This document shows positions 1 to 9,369 of a DNA stretch of 64,000 nucleotides, in pieces. The notes under the pieces were generated by a model, which did no database searches, had not been told where the DNA came from, and saw only the letters and a list, made by a program, of their open reading frames with translations. Positions within the stretch are counted from its first letter, which is position 1. Every line of letters begins with the position of its first letter. Source of the DNA: Anaerolineales bacterium. GTDB taxonomy: Bacteria; Chloroflexota; Anaerolineae; Anaerolineales; UBA4823. The position numbers were made by a program, and so were the translations under genes. The stretch is from assembly GCA_041736465.1 (NCBI GenBank), contig JBGSTO010000317.1, positions 2,547 through 66,546 of the forward strand, given 5' to 3'.

Positions 1-17
1 ATGTATATTAGTCGTGA

Positions 18-2252
<2,235 letters not shown>

Positions 2253-2260
2253 CGAAAGCA

Positions 2261-2292
2261 AAAAAACCGCCGGGTAACACCGGCGGTTTTTT
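2261..2292 (+). terminator. intrinsic terminator after katG
   Basis: Stem ccgccgg (2267-2273) pairs with ccggcgg (2280-2286), followed by tttttt. An A-run upstream makes it potentially bidirectional. Confidence 0.8.
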
Positions 2293-2297
2293 GTTCT

Positions 2298-2353
2298 CTG
2301 TGCCTCATGAGGGGGTACCGTTCGTTAACATGTCTTATTCGCAAAAGGGCGGG
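2298..2353. repeat. copy A of a ~55-nt direct repeat (partner at 5930-5984)
   Basis: ctgtgcc...ggtaccgttcgttaacatgtcttattcgcaaaagggcgg aligns with 5930-5984. The ggtaccgt...gg core matches at 31 of 39 positions, and the ctgtgcc at the start is identical. The copy begins about 6 nt after the terminator T-run. Confidence 0.6.
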
Positions 2354-2408
2354 AAGAGTCGCGTATGCAACCTTTTTCCAAAGCTCTAGTTTCATTATGA
2401 TTTGCTGC

Positions 2409-2466
2409 TTGACAAACGGATAAATTGGACATAAAATATCCGTAAAAGATATATCGTGCACGGATA
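2409..2466 (+). promoter_or_regulatory. padR promoter with three ACGGATA half-sites (putative PadR operator)
   Basis: TTGACA (2409-2414), 17-nt spacer, TAAAAT (2432-2437). ACGGATA occurs at 2416-2422, its complement TATCCGT at 2437-2443, and ACGGATA again at 2460-2466. The half-sites overlap the spacer, the -10 and the early transcript. Confidence 0.55.
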
Positions 2467-2489
2467 TATACGCCACAGAAGGAGCAGCT

Positions 2490-2852
2490 ATGGCCGTAAC
2501 AGCCCCTATCCCAGACAATCTCCTACCCCTGACTCCGGCGGTATTCAACATCCTGCTGGCATTGGCCGACGGCGAAAAGCACGGCTACGCCATCATGCTC
2601 AAAGTGGAAACAAACACCGACGGAGCGGTCAAGATGGGCCCTGGGACGCTGTATGGCTCGATCAAGCGTATGCTGGCCAGTGGCCTGATTGAAGAAACCG
2701 AAGAGCGGCCGGACCCGGCCCTGGACGATGAGCGCCGGCGCTACTACCGGCTCTCGGGTCTCGGCCAGCGCGCCCTGCGCCTGGAAGCCGAGCGCCTGGA
2801 ACACCAGGTTAGCGTGGCGCGTTTCAAGCAGGTTCTGGACCGGACCGGATAA
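2490..2852 (+). CDS. PadR-family transcriptional regulator
   Basis: 120 aa. The winged-HTH segment LLALADGEKHGYAIMLKVE...GTLYGSIKRMLASGLIEE is typical of PadR. SD ggag lies upstream. Confidence 0.9.
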   Translation: MAVTAPIPDNLLPLTPAVFNILLALADGEKHGYAIMLKVETNTDGAVKMGPGTLYGSIKRMLASGLIEETEERPDPALDDERRRYYRLSGLGQRALRLEAERLEHQVSVARFKQVLDRTG

Positions 2853-2863
2853 GGGAGGCGAAC

Positions 2864-3760
2864 ATGGAAAAGACTCCCACTTCACTGCGGGCGTTGATCA
2901 TCTCCAAACGCCTGTACCAAATGCTGCTTCTGGTCTACCCGTACGAGTTCCGGCGGGCCTATGGCGAGCCGATGCTGCAATTGTTTCGCGACTGCTGCCG
3001 CCGGGTGCTGCGCGAAAGTGGGCTCGCCGGGCTCCTAGCGCTGTGGGGCCAGACGATCCTCGACACCGTGCAAGCGGCGCTCGAAGAGTATTTACACCGA
3101 GGTGTGGAAATGAACCAAGAAAAGTTTGTCAGGCTCAGCGGCTGGGCGCTGGTAATGGCTGCGGTGGCGCTGCTTTTAACGTTTCTGCCGGAAGCTGGTG
3201 ATATCTCGAGCAGGATCTCCCCAACCTTCGGTGTGATTGGTACGGCGGCTCAAATTCAGCGAGCCGCCGTTTTGGCTCGCGCTCTACCACTGCCGCTGGC
3301 GATCTTGTTGATAACCATTGGGCTTTTGGGTTTATCAGTGCGCTATGGAGGAATGGCTGGGAGAGCGGCAAAGGCAGCCCTCATCCTGGGGGTAAGCGGT
3401 GGGGTACTGAGTCTGGTCAGTTTTGGATTAATGTTATTGGGTCTCGTGGAAGGTCGCCCGGCAGTGAATATAACCATGGGAATCATGTTCAGTGGGCTGT
3501 TCATTTTCGGCCTGGCAGCCTTGCGGCGAAAACCGATGAAGCGGGGCAACGGATTGCCTGTCCTGGCAGGAGTATGGTGGCCGCTCTTAGTGATCCAGGC
3601 CTACGTATTTCCGCAGCTTACCCGGTCGTTCGGGCCTGCGGTGCCCGGATGGCTGTCCTTTAGTATTTTTGCAGCCTTGAGCTTTTTTCTGGCCTGGCTG
3701 GGCTATGTGGTGCAAGCCGAGGCTGCCCAACTGGAAGCAGCCGCATTCCGGAAAGAATAA
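2864..3760 (+). CDS. PadR-adjacent membrane protein, paralogue family member 1
   Basis: 298 aa. An N-terminal ~85-aa soluble helical part carries YPYEFRRAYGEPM, followed by about 6 TM helices. Its C-terminal TM region resembles the ORFs at 4581 and 5300. SD gggagg. Confidence 0.75.
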   Translation: MEKTPTSLRALIISKRLYQMLLLVYPYEFRRAYGEPMLQLFRDCCRRVLRESGLAGLLALWGQTILDTVQAALEEYLHRGVEMNQEKFVRLSGWALVMAAVALLLTFLPEAGDISSRISPTFGVIGTAAQIQRAAVLARALPLPLAILLITIGLLGLSVRYGGMAGRAAKAALILGVSGGVLSLVSFGLMLLGLVEGRPAVNITMGIMFSGLFIFGLAALRRKPMKRGNGLPVLAGVWWPLLVIQAYVFPQLTRSFGPAVPGWLSFSIFAALSFFLAWLGYVVQAEAAQLEAAAFRKE

Positions 3761-3913
3761 AGGTGAAAAATCACGAGCAATCACGCTGATACAGCCCGAT
3801 TTACCTGGCTGTCTTTTGGCTCATGGGTGATCCTGACGACCACCGGCTATATCCCCGGCGCCGACCTGGACTGAAATCTTAGGTCGGATAGGGTATTGAG
3901 TTCTTCGGCAACT

Positions 3914-3963
3914 GGATCTGGGTGGCCTAAATATCAGGTCACCCAGATCCCTGCAAAATGCAG
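3914..3963 (+). promoter_or_regulatory. strong stem-loop(s) immediately upstream of the RBS of the next gene
   Basis: Perfect 11-bp stem ggatctgggtg (3914-3924) / cacccagatcc (3940-3950), then a small hairpin ctgca-aaa-tgcag (3951-3963) that abuts SD aggaga. No T-run follows. Confidence 0.45.
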
Positions 3964-3970
3964 GAGAAAA

Positions 3971-4588
3971 ATGATGACCCGTTCTTTTCCAACAGTTCGT
4001 TTTCCCTGGCCGGCGTTCGGCCTGTGGGTTGGTGTAACGATCCTGGGCTACCTGTTTGCCGGGTTCTTGCACATGCCCGGAGGTGGCCCGCCGTTCGCTA
4101 TCAGCCTGCGATCGCTTGATTGGGCTGCCGGGCTGGTCGGTTTTGTTTTTGGAGCGGTGACGGGATTGGCGGTAAGGGGCTTGCAGGGGCTGGTTCTTAA
4201 AACGTGGCTGCCAAGGGCACGCGGCTGGATGCTCCTCAACGCGCTCGCCTTCGGTCTGGTTCACGCCCTGAACGATTCCGGCCTTTTCAACTTGATCCCA
4301 AGCTCCTTGAGCTTGCTGGTTGACGGGCTCCTCATCGGGGCGGCCCAGGTCGTTGCCCTGCGCCAGGCACTGCCCAGGAGCTACGCCTGGCTGGTGCTCA
4401 TGGCCGCGGCCTGGCTTTTGGGGTTTGAATGGTCCTACGCTTCGGAAAGGGTCCTTGAAAACAACCCGCTGCTATCGCTCCTGGCTGCCTATGGTGGCGC
4501 CGGATTGATCATTGGGTGCAGTATGGGGTTCTTCATCCGGTATCTTCAACCGGCACCTTTATCACAGGGACAGGTATACGATGGATAA
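3971..4588 (+). CDS. membrane protein with an internal duplication, unknown function
   Basis: I chose the ATG at 3971 (SD aggaga 5 nt upstream) rather than the track start at 3896. It is polytopic, with repeated units GAVTGLAVRGLQGLVLKTWLPRARGWMLL and GLLIGAAQVVALRQALPRSYAWLVLM. Confidence 0.65.
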   Translation: MMTRSFPTVRFPWPAFGLWVGVTILGYLFAGFLHMPGGGPPFAISLRSLDWAAGLVGFVFGAVTGLAVRGLQGLVLKTWLPRARGWMLLNALAFGLVHALNDSGLFNLIPSSLSLLVDGLLIGAAQVVALRQALPRSYAWLVLMAAAWLLGFEWSYASERVLENNPLLSLLAAYGGAGLIIGCSMGFFIRYLQPAPLSQGQVYDG

Positions 4589-5276
4589 TGCAGCCAGCAG
4601 CAGCAACCGGGGATTATTTTATGTTCGCTGGGCTGGCGCAACTGCGATACTCGGGGCCGTGTTACTCATCCTCGCGACGGTGATTTTTGTGCTGACCCAC
4701 GGCACCCAATCGGAAGCCCAGCATGGAACCCTCTTCAGCCTGCGGAGCGCCCAGTATGCCAAAGTTTTCCAACCCATCATTTGGCTGTCATTTTTGCTGG
4801 GGGTTTTGGGCATTAACGCGCTCCAGAGAGGCTGCGCCAGACGACTCGGACAGGCAGGCTTCATGCTCAGCGCAATGGGGTATGGTTTGGCAGCCTTCAG
4901 CTGGATCCTGCAGACCTGGATCGTGGACCCCGATCAATACTTTCGCTCAGTTTTTGTCCAAGTGGGGTTCTCACTTTGGCTTCTGGCCATTCTCGTTCAG
5001 AGAGTTGGCATGACGCTTTTCGGCTTTGCCATCCTTCGGGTGAAGGCCTTACCGGCCTGGAACGGCTTACCTCTGCTCATCGGCTTGTTGTTACTTCCCG
5101 CAGGCCTGTTACAGTTGTTTGTGTTTGACCAATCGGATGGTAGTTTCGTGTGGAGTTGGATTTACATTTCGTTTTGTGTTCCATATTCTATTTGCTGGGT
5201 GTTATTAGGATACAGGATTTGGACGCAAAAGCCTGAAGCCGAATACCGCGTTGCAGGCTTTGTTGATAGGCTCTGA
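4581..5276 (+). CDS. membrane protein, paralogue family member 2
   Basis: I chose the ATG at 4581, which overlaps the previous stop by 8 nt. The track start at 4512 would overlap by 77 nt. About 6 TM helices. The motif FGFAILRVKALPAWNGLPLLIG matches FGLAALRRKPMKRGNGLPVLAG of the 2864 gene. Confidence 0.65.
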   Translation: MDNAASSSNRGLFYVRWAGATAILGAVLLILATVIFVLTHGTQSEAQHGTLFSLRSAQYAKVFQPIIWLSFLLGVLGINALQRGCARRLGQAGFMLSAMGYGLAAFSWILQTWIVDPDQYFRSVFVQVGFSLWLLAILVQRVGMTLFGFAILRVKALPAWNGLPLLIGLLLLPAGLLQLFVFDQSDGSFVWSWIYISFCVPYSICWVLLGYRIWTQKPEAEYRVAGFVDRL

Positions 5277-5299
5277 TCATAGAAAGCAAGGGGAAACGC

Positions 5300-5851
5300 A
5301 TGGCAACAAACCATATTCCCTTGACATCATGGTACAAGCCCGTGCTTATGTTCGCAGGTCTGGTTGCTTTTGGGCGAGGACTTGTAGAATTGTACCAACC
5401 TGACTATTGGAACCCCCGCACCGTGCTGGATCACACAGCCGTAGCTGGCACTAGCCTGATGCTGCTGTTTCTGGCACTGGGGTTGTGGGGATTCTTCCGG
5501 CAGCATCACGTATCTTCCAGCCGCGTCGCAACGGTGTGGCGGGCCGGGATCGTTCTCAGTTGCATATCGGCAGCTGCCATCGGATTGAGCAATTTCTTAG
5601 AAGATGCTCTGAAATTCCCTGGGCTGGGATACGTTTGGGTCATTGGCATCCTGGTTCTGTTTGCAAGCTTACTGATTGCCGGTTTGAGCGCCTTTTGGGT
5701 TCAGGGCCTGCCGCGCTTGACGGGTGTCTTTCTTCTGATGAGCGCGATCGGCCTGCTTTTCATAGATTCTGTGGGCTGGTTTGGCCTGGGGCTGGCGCTG
5801 CTGATCCTGGGATTGCTGAACGACAACTCTACGGGAGAGTTCCAGGCATGA
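5300..5851 (+). CDS. membrane protein, paralogue family member 3
   Basis: 183 aa with about 5-6 TM helices. The segment AGLSAFWVQGLPRLTGVFLLMSAIGLL resembles the two paralogues. SD aagggg. Confidence 0.65.
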   Translation: MATNHIPLTSWYKPVLMFAGLVAFGRGLVELYQPDYWNPRTVLDHTAVAGTSLMLLFLALGLWGFFRQHHVSSSRVATVWRAGIVLSCISAAAIGLSNFLEDALKFPGLGYVWVIGILVLFASLLIAGLSAFWVQGLPRLTGVFLLMSAIGLLFIDSVGWFGLGLALLILGLLNDNSTGEFQA

Positions 5852-5897
5852 GTGCAATACCCGCTGTCGAATCACTTTCATGCGGAAACCTATAAGC

Positions 5898-5928
5898 AAA
5901 AACGACCGGTGGTTTCCCGGTCGTTTTG
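5898..5928. terminator. bidirectional intrinsic terminator between convergent genes
   Basis: Stem acgaccgg (5902-5909) / ccggtcgt (5917-5924), flanked by aaaaa on one side and tttt on the other. Confidence 0.75.
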
Positions 5929-5929
5929 C

Positions 5930-5984
5930 CTGTGCCCCCACGGAGGTACCGTACGTTAATTGGTCTTAGGCGTAAAAGGGTGGC
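5930..5984. repeat. copy B of the ~55-nt direct repeat (partner at 2298-2353)
   Basis: ctgtgcc...ggtaccgtacgttaattggtcttaggcgtaaaagggtgg. It starts 2 nt after the terminator T-run, the same relative placement as copy A. Confidence 0.6.
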
Positions 5985-6035
5985 CCTTGTTAGAAATATC
6001 CCAGACAGATATCCTGCCGTTGCTCAATTTCCAAT

Positions 6036-7430
6036 TCACTTAAGCAATCCAATAACCTGCCACCAGGTTACTTCGACCAGGATCATCACCACCAGGGCTA
6101 TCAGAGTCTGCGGCAGGCCGTATTTCAGCACCTGACGGGTGCTGTAACCTCCAGTATCTCCCTGCCCTAGCAAGATTGTGACATGCTGGAAGGGAAATAG
6201 GTAGTGAATAGACACAGCCGTATAGACCAGCAGGGCCGGGAAGAGCGGATTCCATCCAGCCGAAACGGCATAATGCACCATCGGCGGCGCTGCGATGGAC
6301 ATGCAGGCCAACGCGCTGCCCAGCACCATGTGAATCAGCATGGTTGCGCCACCGATCAGGGCAGCAAACAGATATGGATTTTGCGGCGGGGCAGCCGGCA
6401 TCAGGTTAGCAGCCAACCAATCAGACATGCCGGTTGTCTTACCTACCGTGCCAATCGCCAGCGCACCCATCACAAAGAATAATATCGGCCAGTTGATGCC
6501 GCCGCTGATGTCTTTGGCGTCTAACACATCTCCCACTCTGGGCAGCGACAACCCAACAACGGCTATCAGAGATACCCAGGCCGGGTCAATATGATGGATC
6601 GCATCCGTTGTCCATAAGAACAGCGCTGCTAATACCCACAGCAAGGTCACAATTTCTCTCCGGCAGATGGCGCCTAACTTCTCTTGCTCCAATCCCAGCG
6701 CCGCATGGTCAATCTGTATGGGGCCGGTCTGGCGGAAGACGAGCAGGTGCAGCCCCATCATCAAGAGCGAGGCCAGGATGCCCGGCACGGCCATGTATAA
6801 AGCCCACTCCAACCAGCCTACTGCAATACCGCTAAACCCAACGGTAGCCAGGTTGAGGGTTGAATCTCCGGTCAGTAAAATGGTAGAGGTGACGGTAGTG
6901 GAGACAAAAACTGAAAGCCCCACCGAGGCTGAGTCGGTCTGGTTCATGCCGGCTTTTTGGATGATAGCTCGCATCAGAGACATGAGCAGCAAAGCGCGTG
7001 GAAAGGGGTGTGGGATTAGAAAGCCCAACACAAATCCCAATGCATATGTTAACACAATCAGGCTGCGATACGATGTGGCGTACCGGATCATAAAAAAATA
7101 GGCCACGCGCTGCGCCAATCCCGATTTAGTGACGGCAGCAGAGATCAGGAAAGAGCCAATGATCAACCACATCAATGGCAGCGTCCAGATGCGGAATACC
7201 ATTTCTGGCGTAGCCAGGCCCAATAGCAGATATCCCAAAAGCATCATCAGTGTCGCATATGCCGAGGGGATGATATTGAAGACCCACCACACCACCGTGA
7301 ACACCGTGATGACCAGCGTCTTCCGGCCTGCCGGGCTGAGTTCGCCCGGCAACGGCAGCACCCACAGCAGAACGGCCAGGATCAAGGATAAGATGATCCC
7401 AACCGCTTTGCGACTGCGCAAGAAGGCCAT
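6036..7430 (-). CDS. SLC13/DASS-type (ArsB/NhaD superfamily) anion permease
   Basis: 464 aa, polytopic. The N-terminus LPLPGELSPAGRKTLVITVFTVVWWVFNIIP and the overall architecture are typical of DASS di/tricarboxylate or sulfate carriers. Confidence 0.75.
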   Translation of the reverse strand: MAFLRSRKAVGIILSLILAVLLWVLPLPGELSPAGRKTLVITVFTVVWWVFNIIPSAYATLMMLLGYLLLGLATPEMVFRIWTLPLMWLIIGSFLISAAVTKSGLAQRVAYFFMIRYATSYRSLIVLTYALGFVLGFLIPHPFPRALLLMSLMRAIIQKAGMNQTDSASVGLSVFVSTTVTSTILLTGDSTLNLATVGFSGIAVGWLEWALYMAVPGILASLLMMGLHLLVFRQTGPIQIDHAALGLEQEKLGAICRREIVTLLWVLAALFLWTTDAIHHIDPAWVSLIAVVGLSLPRVGDVLDAKDISGGINWPILFFVMGALAIGTVGKTTGMSDWLAANLMPAAPPQNPYLFAALIGGATMLIHMVLGSALACMSIAAPPMVHYAVSAGWNPLFPALLVYTAVSIHYLFPFQHVTILLGQGDTGGYSTRQVLKYGLPQTLIALVVMILVEVTWWQVIGLLK

Positions 7431-7431
7431 A

Positions 7432-8334
7432 CTACACGCTCAGGGCCTTATCCAGGAAGGCCAGCACTTTTTGGATATTTTGAGGAGTTTCAAAGGCTGG
7501 CCCACCATGCGCAGCGCCAGCCAGCAACTCGAACCTGACCTTTTCTGGGCCAAGCACAGCCGTCAGTTTGGCAGCCATGTTTACCGATTGCTGGTGCGGC
7601 ACGGTATCATCATGGTCACCATGTTGAATGAAGAACGGCGGCAAACCGGGGTGAATATAGGTTTCAGGATTGGCAATGCGCACCAGATCAGGGATTTCTG
7701 TGATCTTTTGACCCAGCAGCAGCGACTCCGGGGAGGCTGGCCCGCTGTGCGCCTGTTCAGCATCTGGAGCCATGCCCGATTCGGCTAGCTGCGCATCCAT
7801 CAGGAGGAAATCTGTGGGGCCAAACCAGTCCACCACAGCCTGTACATGGCAGGGCTGGCTGGCATTACCAAGAACGAGATCCTCCAGCTCAGGGACACCT
7901 GTGCTGACGCCAGCCATCAGGGAAAGATATCCACCGGCTGAACCGCCCCAGGTTGCAATCCGGTCAGGATCGAAAAGATAGGGCTTTGCCTGGGCGCGCA
8001 CCCAGCGGATGGCAGCCTTAACATCCTGCACCAACGCCGGGAATATGGCCTCGCCGCTCATGCGGTAGTTGATGCTGACCACAGCATACCCGCGTTGGGT
8101 GGCTTCCAGCATGGGCATCAGTTGAAGATCGCGCTTGTCACCACCCATGAAAGCCCCACCATGAATGCTCATGATCACGGGGAATGGACCATTGCCCTCG
8201 GCGGGCCAGTAAATGTCCAGCTTTTGGGTAGGGGAGATGGTGGCGTAGGGCAAGTCGAACATCTTACGGGTAATATGTTCAGTTTGCGCGTCTGGAATAG
8301 TAAAGGGCATGGCGTAATGCGGTACTTGAGGCAT
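7432..8334 (-). CDS. alpha/beta-hydrolase esterase (cytoplasmic paralogue)
   Basis: 300 aa. Oxyanion motif IHGGAFMGGDK and nucleophile elbow GGSAGG. Clear paralogue of 12138-13172. Its stop lies 1 nt before the DASS start. Confidence 0.85.
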   Translation of the reverse strand: MPQVPHYAMPFTIPDAQTEHITRKMFDLPYATISPTQKLDIYWPAEGNGPFPVIMSIHGGAFMGGDKRDLQLMPMLEATQRGYAVVSINYRMSGEAIFPALVQDVKAAIRWVRAQAKPYLFDPDRIATWGGSAGGYLSLMAGVSTGVPELEDLVLGNASQPCHVQAVVDWFGPTDFLLMDAQLAESGMAPDAEQAHSGPASPESLLLGQKITEIPDLVRIANPETYIHPGLPPFFIQHGDHDDTVPHQQSVNMAAKLTAVLGPEKVRFELLAGAAHGGPAFETPQNIQKVLAFLDKALSV

Positions 8335-8349
8335 TCTAATCTCCTGTGC

Positions 8350-9351
8350 TTAGGCGGCCACCTGGGCAACCGTCTCTCGGGCTTTGCGATTTTTCTGGTA
8401 AACATCAAAGGCTACTGCAATTAATAGAACCGCACCTTTTACAACAGTCTGGGAGAAATCAGGGAAGGTGGCCAATTGCATGGCATTGTTCAACACACCG
8501 ATGATTAACATACCCACCATCAAACCAAAAATGCTGCCTTCACCACCTTTGAAGCTTACACCGCCCAGAAGGGCAGCGGTGAGACAGTCAAATTCAAGAC
8601 CTTGACCGGTTATGGTCTGGCCGGCAAATACTCTGGACAGCAGCAGAACCGTTGTAATCGATGAGACAAAACCGCAGATCATGAACAAGAGTACTTTCAT
8701 TCTTTTGATATTTACACCTGCAAGGCGGGCGGCTTCTTCGTTGCCACCCAAGGCAAATATTTGTCGGCCAAAGTATGTCTTGGTCAAGATGAAAGCCCCG
8801 ATCATTGCCACTACGATCATCACAATGACCGGTACGGGGATTCCCCATACATATCCTTGCCCAAACCAGCGGAAAGAATCCGGGAATCCCATGATATTCC
8901 TGGATTGATTAATAATGTATCCCATGCCCTTGAATATTGCAGCGGTCCCCAAAGTAATAATCAGCGGATGGATATTTAGTTTAATGCAGAGGAACCCATT
9001 GATCGCACCCAACCCGGTTCCGACAAGTAGAATCAGGGGAATTGCAACTGCCGGGTCCAGCTTCCAATCCACCATCATGATCGCCAAAAGGACATTGTTG
9101 AACACAATCTGGGAGCCAATCGAAAGATCAATACCGCCACTGATCATCACGAACATCAAGCCGACAGCGCTAATCCCCGCAAATGAGATTTGGCGTATCA
9201 AGGTACGAAGATTCCCAATAGTCATGAAGTTCGGTGCAATGAACGAAAATAGGAACACCAAAAGGATCAGGATCAAGAAAGGCACATTCTTTTTCAGGAT
9301 TGATCCTAAACTAGCGCTAAATTTGTTGTAAACCATTGTTTGATTGCTCAT
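8350..9351 (-). CDS. sugar ABC transporter permease (RbsC/branched-type)
   Basis: 333 aa with about 9-10 TM helices and a typical ribose/monosaccharide ABC permease sequence (GGIDLSIGS). Confidence 0.9.
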   Translation of the reverse strand: MSNQTMVYNKFSASLGSILKKNVPFLILILLVFLFSFIAPNFMTIGNLRTLIRQISFAGISAVGLMFVMISGGIDLSIGSQIVFNNVLLAIMMVDWKLDPAVAIPLILLVGTGLGAINGFLCIKLNIHPLIITLGTAAIFKGMGYIINQSRNIMGFPDSFRWFGQGYVWGIPVPVIVMIVVAMIGAFILTKTYFGRQIFALGGNEEAARLAGVNIKRMKVLLFMICGFVSSITTVLLLSRVFAGQTITGQGLEFDCLTAALLGGVSFKGGEGSIFGLMVGMLIIGVLNNAMQLATFPDFSQTVVKGAVLLIAVAFDVYQKNRKARETVAQVAA

Positions 9352-9369
9352 TCTTTATTCCTCCAGAAG

